A stretch of DNA of 64,000 nucleotides from Raillietiella orientalis (lineage: Eukaryota), in contig JAYWIR010000010.1 in assembly GCA_036172245.1 (NCBI GenBank), positions 2,294,001-2,358,000 of the forward strand, in the 5' to 3' direction. This document shows positions 51,000-61,600 of this stretch, one piece after another (the stretch's first letter is position 1; each line of letters opens with the position of its first letter). A program made the translations under genes and the position numbers. The notes beneath the pieces are model-generated. The model saw only the letters and a program-made list of their open reading frames with translations. It was not told where the DNA came from and did no database searches.

Positions 51000-53100
51000 T
51001 GAGTTGACATTCAGTCATGGAGCTTTGGTACCCCTGGCTTGCCTGGCACCACCTTTCGTTCGACCGAACGAGAGAAACCAAAATCGGATCCAACGAAGAA
51101 GCCAAAAATATAGTGAGCGGGTAGTGAAATATATCGGAGCATCGGAGGTCTCAATGTTTGCACAATGTTTCATCGAATACCGACAGAGGAAGGCGGGAGA
51201 AAAAAAGATTGCCTTCTTCTTGAAGCCAAAGAAAGATAGCTGGCCAAACCATGCATCCGCCCATAAGTTCTTTTGTACGTCTCTGAGGCCGGTAGCATCC
51301 ACTCTGGCAACTGCGGCATGAGGTCAAAACGACACCATGATTGATTTTGCAGCTGAACGAACTTTAAGGATTTGGGCGCTGTATCGAAGAAATTTGGAAC
51401 TTTCGAAAATGAGTCTTGTATCATTTTGGTGTGTGGTATGGTGGACCATGTTTAGGAAATCAGAGCTCCTTGGAGACACTCTTGTTCCCGTTGTACGATT
51501 GGTCCTGACGGTTTTCGGGAAGCCTAAATAGGAAAAGAGTTTGCAGATATACTCAGCCACAAAATCCAAATCTGTCTTTCCGATTGCAATCAGCAATTCC
51601 TCTAGTGTTTCCTAGAAAGCAGTCCTTTTCTCAGAAGAATGAGTTTACCCTGTTGGTGAGTCACTCATAAATTCCTATGCAAGAAGGCAGATGTCTGTGT
51701 CTATGAGGGTGTGTCATCGTGTCTCGGACCTTCTACTATTCAGTCAAAATTCCTTCTGGACCATTTAAGTTCCTGTCATACTCTGAGCACAATTTCTGAC
51801 TTGCACTTTCCACTATTCTCACTGTTCCCTACAGATTTACATGGGCGCGCTCAAAAAGCGACCTGAATAAATGAAGATCTGACCAAAAAATTCGACTTGC
51901 TATGAATTTCTTGTTTAAATGGAGTGCCGATGAAGACCTCTCTGATCCGGATGTCGCTTTCGCTCTTAGATGGTTACTCCTTGAGTAACCTTTTCTTGTA
52001 TGATATAGGATGTATGCGAGCTCAGTTCGACACATTTTGCTGAGAGCACATCCTTAGAATGCACGTTTTTCCCCGAGTTTTCCTTTCTCTCTTTCTTTTT
52101 TGTTTTTCGCTGATCCCTGAAAACTAACAGAATGCTGTCCTTTTGTTTCTTCGCTCAGACACGAACATCTCTCTGGACACAAAGCGTCGTTTCATACTGT
52201 AACTTTCAGCAGACTCTCTGAAAGGGAGCGCAGTTTGATTTGGTTGTGTTTGTAGTTCCATCTGCTTCCTAAATATATTTACACAGCAGCTAGAATGAGT
52301 AAGCAACAGTTCGAATTTTCGGCAATGCGTTCTCAAGACAAACATCCATCTATCTCCTTTATCGAAAGAAAGTTGCCTCGCTCCCCACCACAGGAAAGTC
52401 TCCACCTCTAACAAGAAAGTGAGGTCATAACTTAACAACGGCCGTCCAATAACACAGCTTCATCTACAAATCTGCTAGGCTATTGCAATCGAGCATGATG
52501 CTTTCTGGCTATCGCGTATTCGTCACCATCAAAACCAGAAGGAACATTCAGGAGTCAGCTTCAACTCGCAATTCCATGTTCCACGCTGCATGAACTCGAG
52601 ACAGATCAAATAGATAAAAGCAAGTGTTCACCATCCCAGTCTCCACAGAGTTATAGCGGCAGTTTTTCCGATCATGAACGGAGGTATGCTTTGGAATCCC
52701 CTGGACAATATTCCGGAGCTGATCTCTATAACAGACCTATCACACCTAGCCAGATAGCCTCGATTTCCACCCTCACCCGTATTATGGATTCCACAGTCTG
52801 ATTGATCTCAGTTTTGAGGTAACGACCTTAATTGGGAATTATTATGCACTCTTTACACACAACTCTTTGTCGTGATAAATGCGGTAAAACGGCATTGGAA
52901 GTTCCGATTATTACGTTCCGTTTGTGGAAAATGATGGAATGGAAGTTATACCGCTTGCGAGGGTGCACTCGCAATCCAGAAGCAGAGATGAGTTACTTCG
53001 AGTTGCAGAACGGGCAGCAATTTCTTATAAAACAGCCACTTCTTCGAACTCGAAGTCAAATAAGATGCAGTCATCCTACTTTGGTATAAGGGTTTACAAA
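51000..53100 (-). mobile_element. Ty3/Gypsy pol remnant with a recognisable integrase core
   Basis: AIGKTDLDFVAEYICKLFSYLGFPKTVRTNRTT..VSPRSSDFL..HHTTHQND (rve integrase: VA.....F..FG.P..I.TD.G..F.S). It is preceded on the minus strand by VRNCAQS (zinc-finger-like) and RKFELLLTHSS (RNase H F.L.TDH). Confidence 0.6.
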
Positions 53101-54349
53101 CTGGAATGAAAGAGAGAAGCATTACAAAATGGTCAGAGTTCCAATTCCGCCTTCGTAATTCATTTCAAAGATTTCAGGAGTCAGAGATGGGAGAGGAGTT
53201 GTGCGTAGCTTGAAATGTGTTGGCCTACCCTAACTCAGATGAGGTCACGTTCCATAATCCAAAGAGTTACAACAGGATGCTAAAAGTGAAATCACTTTTA
53301 ATTTGGACTTTGGCGAAATCAGACATGTACATCGACATCATTCGCATGACTTCCCATGTGAGTGATGTCGATCTTTAAGAGCACAAATCAGTAATGGAGC
53401 TGAACGCACCAGTTGTGTTTAGCAAAATTGGTTTCCCAATACTTGAGAGAGAAAAGGGAGGACAAGAGCTCTACACAGATTCCCTTGGAGCATACATCTG
53501 GGACTCTATGGCATCCGTCTGAGAGGCACACAGCACTGTTCTCAGAAATATCCACTCAAATACTCACTGAATGTTCTCAGAACACAAGTATTGGGGAGAC
53601 AAGTTATTATTCTACTATTAAGTGAAAAGTTTAACTGACTTTATGATGGAACCATCGTTTATTATACCTTTGGATACTATGTATCATCATCAGTACTTAT
53701 ATTTGGGCTCATGTCCATTCGCTTCCAGCTCATGTTGTGCGAAATTTCCTTTTCGGGAACATTTCACTCATAAGGAGGAAATTCTGTTAAACATATGTAT
53801 TTTTCACAAGGTCATTGCTTTTTGGTTAGCTCAAAAAGTCAGCTCTTGGTCACCTTGCATGTAATGACAAATCAATTTGATAATTTAATTTAATAATTCA
53901 ACTCTAATTAATGAAAGACCGAAATTAAATAATTCAGTTGAATTTAATATACATAGATTTCCCTGTTCCTGAAGATCTCACCCACATTTTCATTTTGCTA
54001 AACGAGATAGATGTTTACACCATGAGACTGTAGCGTAGTCCGCAGATGCAACGAGTTGAGGATGATTTTTTTTTTTTTTTTCTTTCTTCCTAGAAAAATT
54101 CACCTTATTAGCAATTTTGGAATTTCTGAAGGTTATGACTTGCTTTAAATGAATGTTGAGGTAATGAACTTTTTGTACATCAGCTCCATCTTGTTTGGAC
54201 ACTGTTCATATACAGCTCTAGTGCTATACTCGAGTCCTACCTTAGGGTTATCATTTTTTGAAGCCAATATTTTAATGCTTTTATAGTTCTGGTCTTTTCA
54301 TCGATCTCATACAACCAAGAACAAAAATCTACTGATCACAGAATGAATT

Positions 54350-55700
54350 TATTTCTTTCCGCAACCGTTTTGCACTATGGCATTAGATGGACGTCCTTTT
54401 TCACAAAGGTATGTCTTTAACATTCTCAGCATTCCTTTCAACCATGGAAAAACACATATTTATCGTTTTCGCAGATCCTCGCTCTCCTGAGTTTCGTCCC
54501 ATCACCGTTACCAAGGGATGACAACATTTTATTTCAATCAGATTTCAAACGATGCTCTCCGCTGCCCACTGAAATATCATCACTCCATCTCCATTATTTC
54601 ACTGGAATCTATTTTATTCATCTGCCGAAGCACACACGAGGCGAGTTGCAAAAGGCAATCAAATTGCATATGATTAATACCGTTACAAATCACGCTGATT
54701 TCCTGCTACTCGAATTTCTAATAACTCTAAAACCATATACCTCAAAGCGATCCTCATTTCTCACTGATTAAATGTCGAAATCGAATTATGCAGGGCGCAC
54801 CTCCCTTATAGTATTTAGTTTCGCGAGTGGGAACACTGGAAAAAGGATGGCCGTGAAAGGAAGTTTCGACAAGCATAAGCGGATGGATGATGTGCTGATG
54901 GTCCCAGAACATCGTTGCACGAATTCCTGTTCCAATACGCAAGGCAATGAAAAATCACATCGAAATGTGCACTAATTTCTGGAATTAGAGCAACAGCATT
55001 AGGGATTGTTTAGGCGGAACCAAACACCTGCTCGGTCGAATTGGTGCATAAATCGATTGATACCGATTGAAGCGTTTTCACCAGATTTTATCCAGAAAAG
55101 GCCTTCTCTTTGATTTTGATAAAACCAGCTTGCTGTTTGGAATAAGTCTCCTGAGAGTCATCTATATGGTGGACAATTTAATACCTTGATGCGCAGTTCC
55201 TCATTTTCTTGATTTCTGGACTGCAGTATTCCATAACCCGAATAGTCTTAAGACGATGAGTCTTCCAAAGGCTGCTCCAAACCGCTTTCACTTGAGTTTG
55301 GAAAATTCAGTTTCGTTGTTCCGCACAATGTGGCCGCAACCGATCACCCAGACTCAAAATCTGAACCCCAGGAAGCGAAAAAACCGTGCAGATAAAGGTC
55401 TAAAAAGCTCCATGAGCTCAAACAAGATCAAGGTACCCCATGCAAAAGCGGCGAACCAGAAATTGCTTCAAGAAGTGGATCAAAGAATATTGGGACAGCG
55501 CAATCCCACGCAGAATCCATGCAACCTTCCATACACGATGGTGTCCATGTTGAATGTTGAACTGCTTTATCCACTTGTGTAAAACTGCTGGATCGAAACA
55601 TCGAATTGGATTGTAGACAAACACTCCAATAAAGCAGTGGAAATCACCAGATTGCCCAATGCGTGCAACTGGCAAGAGATCATGCGTTAAGAAAATGAAT
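54350..55700 (-). mobile_element. mariner (Tc1/mariner) transposase remnant
   Basis: AVLHKWIKQF (HTH), RATMFWDHQHII (compare VMATVFWD..GVI) and VFPWLKGML (compare LF..LK..L.G) occur in the expected order with disruptions. No TIRs identified. Confidence 0.5.
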
Positions 55701-56484
55701 GCTCCTGAATACGATTCCCGCTTTCTGAACCTTCCATGTGAGAAATTCCAACAGCCAACAGAAACCGAATCAAACAGCAGTCACAGCAAGCAGAAACTGG
55801 AAACATCCTAGCACCTCGAAAAGAAAAAAGACGAGAGTCTCACGTGGGGAGGGGGGGAATAAATGGGAGAAAAGTGCTACGCAATCACTCTTAAGAGTTT
55901 TCGGAATACGCAGTTGTGAAAGAACGGTGCGACCGTGAGGAAACCCCCGGGCGAAATGTTACGGATTCGTGGCATCAACAACAGCGTCAGGGCACTCGTT
56001 GCAAACACAAGGCCGCTGCCAGTATGACTTCTGGTGCCTCCCGAATTACTGCAATTCAATGTTCATGAGCTGTATCTTTTTTTTGTTTTCTTTCAAATAA
56101 TGTGTATTTTTTTTTTTTTCTCTCTCCATCTTGATCATCGCGTGCTTTTGCCGCTACGTAAGTGATGTTATGATCCGTCATGCTGATTGTGTTCAAGCGA
56201 CAGCTCTGTAACTTCTTGTCATGCGCCTCAGTTTTCATGCACTTTATTTTTCAGTTTTTTCGTGGCAATTCTGGGTTGAGTGTTTTCAAAGTGCAAACCC
56301 GTACTGTTTTGAATGACCGTTTCCAATGCTAGTTTTTTTTATTTTCGCACCATGAATTGCACACTAATTCGTGTTCGAGTTCTTTTATTTTTCAGTTTCA
56401 GTTTTGCATACTTGAGTCATCTCACAATAAAAAATCAGAACTGTGCGGTGCTTATTCGATGTTTTAATATTCCTGTTCAGTTTT

Positions 56485-56506
56485 TGTGTGTGTGTGTGTG
56501 TGTGTG
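56485..56506. repeat. (TG)11 microsatellite
   Basis: Directly visible in the sequence. Confidence 0.9.
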
Positions 56507-56530
56507 TTACAACAACAAAAAATCTTTATT
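56505..56530 (-). terminator. Candidate polyadenylation signal of the RB-like gene
   Basis: AATAAA on the minus strand (plus-strand TTTATT at 56525-56530), about 160 nt after the stop codon, followed by a T/GT-rich tract (TTTTTTGTTGTTGT). Confidence 0.45.
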
Positions 56531-56691
56531 TGCAAGGAGTTTCCACTGTTCTCATTGCGTTTGGTCATGTCTGGCTATCTCGGTGCTAATTTTTCCCTCA
56601 TGGCATTCAATGGCATACTCGTTGTCCACACCTGGTCGGTTTTAAGCTGAGAAAACCAAATGTCATAAGTCAGCAGGGTAATGGACAAAAG

Positions 56692-59277
56692 TTAAGACAT
56701 AAACTGGAAATAATCCATGCAAGATTTATCCATTCGAACCTTCTTAGCAATACTTTCATCTGCATTATGATAGTGTAACTTCTTATTGATGCACAGCTTC
56801 ATGGAATTCTGAAAAAGCACTTTATTGATGTTCTTCAGCATGGTGCTGGGACTAGTACAGAAATTATAACAAAGCCTGACATTGACTTCTGGTGAGTGCT
56901 TGAGAGGGCTAACAAAAATATCACAGTTGGAAGAGACTCTCTTGGCTGGTGAAAAACACTTCACTGATCTTACCATTAATGGTGAAAGGGATATTTTCGA
57001 TTTTGAGTTTGGCATAAATTTGATTAACATAGATTTTGCACAAAGTAAAAACACTTGATTATAAAAAGCCACAATATCACCTCTGTCAACACAACGTGAT
57101 CCATTTGAAACAGATGTATTATGTGCAACAGATGATGTGGAAAAAGGTCCATTTTCCTTGTCTGTATCTACCTTGTCTACTACATTCTCATTATGATGCA
57201 GCAACACACAACGGTAAATATGAGTCTTACTATGAGGTTGATTTTTGTAACAGACCAGAATATCATGAAACTTGTGTTCATTGTTTGTTGCTCTGCAAAT
57301 ACTATACAAGCAGCACAACAGTATTTGATCCAGGTGGCGTTCCTTAAACAACTCAATATGCTCCATGATACACCATTCAAAAAGTGTCCAAATTTTCTGG
57401 TGTAATTCGTTAGATATTTTTAACTCCCTGCAAAGGTTCTCTAAGCGAATAGATGCCAACTGATATACTTTGCGGAAAAACATCTTCAAAGAGCATACCT
57501 TTCTAGGCTTGGTCAGCTTCTCAGAAGTGGCAGTATGGTCACCAGTAGCATGTACCAGATCTACATTATCATTATTTGGAACTGTAGGTTCATTAATAAT
57601 GGAATTTCTTCTGTTCGTTTTTCGCTTTAGTAACAAAACATCTGATGCTGCAAGTTCACTACAGTTGAGCTTCTGAGAGGTACAGAGATCTCTAATACAA
57701 AATTCTTTCAGCAATGGTACACAGCTCTGCATAGGGCAAGCAGATCTGTCACATGCATGTAAGAATGTGGGAGTTTTCTTAGACTCATGATACTGTCTAC
57801 CACAATTTTCTGAATTTAACAGTGTAGGCAGAAAAGCATCTCTGCAGGATGGTATTCCTTCCTTATGCCTCTTGAGAGTTAACCAAAAACCAGAATGGTT
57901 TTCAAAACAAAGACTATCCAAGCATTGTTCCTCAATAGTATTTAAATGTTTCACAATTTCTTGAGTTAAATTTAAAGATTGGATTCGGATCATAATTTCA
58001 ATTATGCGAAAAAATACAAATGCATCCAGTTGCAGCACTTTCAATATCCATGGAAATGTATGCCTTGAATTACAAAAGAATAGAATCATCTCCACACAAC
58101 ATGCAAAGAGAGCATGCACAAAATCCATGTTCTCCAGTAGCCACACAAGGTTGATTTTATCAGAGCGTTGCATTTCATCTTCAATCAACAATTCCAAACA
58201 CTGATAGAACAATAGGTTTGCAGTGTCCAACCTCTGTTGCATGAGCTGATGCTCATCACTGGTTGCATTACTAAACCCCTCTTTAAACTTCTCACCTAAT
58301 TGGTCAATTTGCTCTTTCAGAGTTACTTTCAGATCTACTCCACTGTTTTTCAATAAGTATTGTACTTGATTGTTGCATCTTCTGTTTTTTCCAGTAATCA
58401 TGCATATCAAACTTTCAGTTGCCTGAACAATTGGAGAAATGGGCATTGGATAAGATCCCTTTTCTTTGACATCATCATGTTCCACCACAGAATATGGAAA
58501 CACATGAGCTCTCATTTTAAGCTGAGCATCCCAGTCACAAAAAGTCATATTGACTTTTCCAATTCTACTTGGAGTATGCAATATTGGGTAGAGAGTGTGT
58601 CCATGTACAGTTCCCACCTGTTGATTCTTCTGACTTTCCAGCAGCACTCGCTCATCATAATTACCATTTAGTAACAAGTAACATTCATATATTTGATTCA
58701 CATTCTGCCTATTGACTGCAAACCAATCTGCATCAAACAAGCTACTGTGAGTGTTCTCACAGCCATGGAGAATCTTCTTAGCAAACAGATCATGAATGAA
58801 AGGATTCCAGTTATGTTCTTTGAAGCTCTTTGTTTCTGCCACGATTTGAGAGTCATTGGTGAAGAACTCAATAATGCATGGCGGTACACTGGGAGGTACA
58901 GATTTATCAGTACACAAATCTTTAGAAACTGCTGGAAATTCCGGATTTAATAACTTGGACAGATTTGCGAGAACAGCATTACTATACATCAAGTCCACAC
59001 AAACATACATTAACTTCATGGATAAGGAAACATCACCAACAAAGGGAATCAATTTGCTTTTTGCCATGCAATACAGTGTCCAGCAAAATTCCCGTATATC
59101 CTGGATAGTACAAATATTCCTCCCTGACACACCTGATGAGGACATTGGATCTTCAGATGAAGAACTGAACACTTTTGGAAAGATTTGAGAAAACTTTTCA
59201 AACACAAACTTTGACATTTCAATAGGTCTTTCCAATTCCTTGGTTTTTTGGCTGTAGCCTTGTAAAGCACATGACAT
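56692..59277 (-). CDS. Retinoblastoma-family pocket protein (p107/p130, RBL1/RBL2-like), single coding exon, 861 aa
   Basis: Uninterrupted 861-aa ORF. The N-terminal domain is colinear with p107 (FCWTLY, LLNPEF, PPCII, KEH, YDERVLL). Pocket A motifs: LFACCVEMIL, TFPWIL, IIEIMIR, VKHLNTIEEQCLDSL. Pocket B motifs: SLKMFFRKVYQLASIRLENLC, KIWTLFE, RHLDQILLCCLYSICR, YKNQP, GDIVAFYNQVF. The C-terminus is S/T-P rich with a basic tail. Confidence 0.95.
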   Translation of the reverse strand: MSCALQGYSQKTKELERPIEMSKFVFEKFSQIFPKVFSSSSEDPMSSSGVSGRNICTIQDIREFCWTLYCMAKSKLIPFVGDVSLSMKLMYVCVDLMYSNAVLANLSKLLNPEFPAVSKDLCTDKSVPPSVPPCIIEFFTNDSQIVAETKSFKEHNWNPFIHDLFAKKILHGCENTHSSLFDADWFAVNRQNVNQIYECYLLLNGNYDERVLLESQKNQQVGTVHGHTLYPILHTPSRIGKVNMTFCDWDAQLKMRAHVFPYSVVEHDDVKEKGSYPMPISPIVQATESLICMITGKNRRCNNQVQYLLKNSGVDLKVTLKEQIDQLGEKFKEGFSNATSDEHQLMQQRLDTANLLFYQCLELLIEDEMQRSDKINLVWLLENMDFVHALFACCVEMILFFCNSRHTFPWILKVLQLDAFVFFRIIEIMIRIQSLNLTQEIVKHLNTIEEQCLDSLCFENHSGFWLTLKRHKEGIPSCRDAFLPTLLNSENCGRQYHESKKTPTFLHACDRSACPMQSCVPLLKEFCIRDLCTSQKLNCSELAASDVLLLKRKTNRRNSIINEPTVPNNDNVDLVHATGDHTATSEKLTKPRKVCSLKMFFRKVYQLASIRLENLCRELKISNELHQKIWTLFEWCIMEHIELFKERHLDQILLCCLYSICRATNNEHKFHDILVCYKNQPHSKTHIYRCVLLHHNENVVDKVDTDKENGPFSTSSVAHNTSVSNGSRCVDRGDIVAFYNQVFLLCAKSMLIKFMPNSKSKISLSPLMVRSVKCFSPAKRVSSNCDIFVSPLKHSPEVNVRLCYNFCTSPSTMLKNINKVLFQNSMKLCINKKLHYHNADESIAKKVRMDKSCMDYFQFMS

Positions 59278-59299
59278 AGTAGCTTAACTTTTTCGTCTC

Positions 59300-59315
59300 C
59301 TAAAGTGAAAAACCC
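59300..59315 (-). promoter_or_regulatory. Candidate splice acceptor of a 5'-UTR intron of the RB-like gene
   Basis: The minus strand reads GGGTTTTTCACTTTAG|GAGACG, 22 nt upstream of the ATG. An in-frame TAA lies between the acceptor and the ATG, so any upstream exon would be non-coding. Confidence 0.4.
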
Positions 59316-60299
59316 GAGGGACTGATGTTCAACTGATAGAATCAATGGAACTCTTGTTAGATGTTCCCATTTCTGTTATTTTTGCAAGTGCAAATGAAAT
59401 AAATTCCATGTCAACTAGTATAGCTGCTTAGCATTTCATAATTATAACGCACATGACTATTGTCTAATTATTTTCCGGTTTCAACTCATCCACTAACCAA
59501 TAGACGAAAGACAACGCAATCTTCACACTTCAGTATTCCAAGACTTTCCTTTTTTTTTTCTTTTGTTTTTTTCCAAATGGATTTGAAACTTACTTACTGA
59601 ATGATTATTTGTTCCTACTTGCTTGAATTTTGCGTATTCTGTGTAGTGCATTACCAGTGATTCAAGCCGTTTCATCCATTCACGCCATTTTTACACATGA
59701 CTGCAACAATAACACGGGCGGCAGATTCGATTGGTCGGAGGGATCCGAGATCACCGGCCAGCCGACCACACCAGTGGCACGCAAGGATCTTCCTCGAGGA
59801 TCCAGCAGCCCCCACGCTGTCTCCACGCTGAAAACCACAAAATGAAATCTCATCAGATAATAAGGGAATCACTGATTCATCTGCGTCCGACTTGCATGCA
59901 CGCGTTACCTCCTCATTGAAGTGCTTAGCGTGAATTCCCTCTTTTGTTTGATTTTGCCGCCCAACGAATTCGGCCGCCCGCAACTTTCGCGGACCCTTGC
60001 AACTCGTTGACGCGCCCCATCGTCCCATTTCGTTCTTGAAGACTTATGCTGCTGATGTGGAGGTCGGACAGATGCGGGATCGGGAGTGCTGTGAGGTCGT
60101 TCCATCATAGCTCCCAATAGTAACTGCAACAGTTTTCCTACGATCCATTATGTCACTGCCATTTCATGATGGTTTTCCACTGCTTGTTAGTTATGGTACC
60201 GTTTAATTTATTCATGCCGTCATTATCTCAGGGCTTTGTGATGCTTGAACTCCACTTTAGTCAAATAAGTCCGTTTACGAGGTTCGTGAGGGCAAGCAA

Positions 60300-61600
60300 C
60301 TTCATGGTACGTCTGTTCTTATGATTTGTCTGCAACACTCCTGATCGTCACGGATTGATTTCTCCCCTGTCGCTCCTACTCCATCTCTAATCCATTCTCA
60401 GCAATCAATATGAAGCTGTCTCTGGGAAAACCTCTGGTATGTGCGATGCAGTGAGTTTGTTCTCTTTGCCAAGATCTGCATTGCACTCGAGATCCACATC
60501 CAGTTTCCAAAGGAAGCGAGGAAGTACTTTACATCCTTAGTCTTCGAATTTTTGTAACAAGACTGAGTCGCAACTCGCCAAAAAAAAAGGAGAGAGACAA
60601 AAAGCATGAGCAGTTAAAAGTATGAAATGCTTGCCTGACAGCCACGATCCTAATCGGTTCTTGTGCCTGATAACCTCATCTGACATTGAACAAACGTCAA
60701 ATTTACCGTTCACCGTTACTGCAAGCATTGTCCTCGGTTCATATTTTATGCATTGACATCCCGATAATGCATCACTGATAGAATCGGGATCTAACTAGAA
60801 ATGTCCTTGATTTCTACGTTCTTTCGTTTCTCTCTCTTCTAGCATACCAGAGCAATCTCATAAAATTAAGTCTTTGCTAATAAGATTCAGCCACCGCGGT
60901 TGGGTACATATCCATTGCTTTGGACGACATTTAGGATTTCTGGTGAGAAATTCCATTTTTGCTTTCCATGGGTAGCTGGCAATTTTTGCTAACTCTAATC
61001 AGTGGGTACCGCAAAGCTGAATCTCCTACGGGATAGCAACATTCCGTTTCTCCGTAGCAACTACTTTGTAACATAGAAATAAGATTTGGAAATGATGTCG
61101 CAATGTGGTTAACCAATTCCTCTCCATCCACCAGAAATCAGACAGCATATGCAACCAATCTGCTTTTTCTCAGGAGATAATATCCAGTCATCCTGAAATT
61201 GAAATTCCAGCTCAGTCATAGCCGGATGTCATAGCTATTTTCAAGTTGCAACCAACAAATCTTTAGCGATGTTGCTTTCAAAGCTAATACCCAGGAGAGA
61301 TAATGGGAGATTAGCAACAGAAAGTCTCTGCAACAGTTTGCAGTAATTACATGCTTCGGCTTCATTTGGAATAACCAATGTTGAAATCGGGAACCTCTGG
61401 ACTGAAGCAAAATCCAGCCGTCTAGCCCCAAGGAATGAACTGTAAACTGAACTTAGTGAAACGTGATAGCAATGTTTGTCGGTTCGTTGAATTTGTTTCA
61501 GGCAGGGCTGCTCAAACTCTTAAGAAGCAGCAATTAATGCTAGGAATCAAATAGAAATGGACACAAATTCGTTTCTGAACATTCTATGGATGCTGTGAGT
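60300..61600 (-). mobile_element. Degenerate LINE RT remnant
   Basis: WLQLENSYD (compare WLD..KAYD), GDSALRYPL, and KDVKYFLASF..W.S..QIL (compare KYLG) in RT order. Confidence 0.35.
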
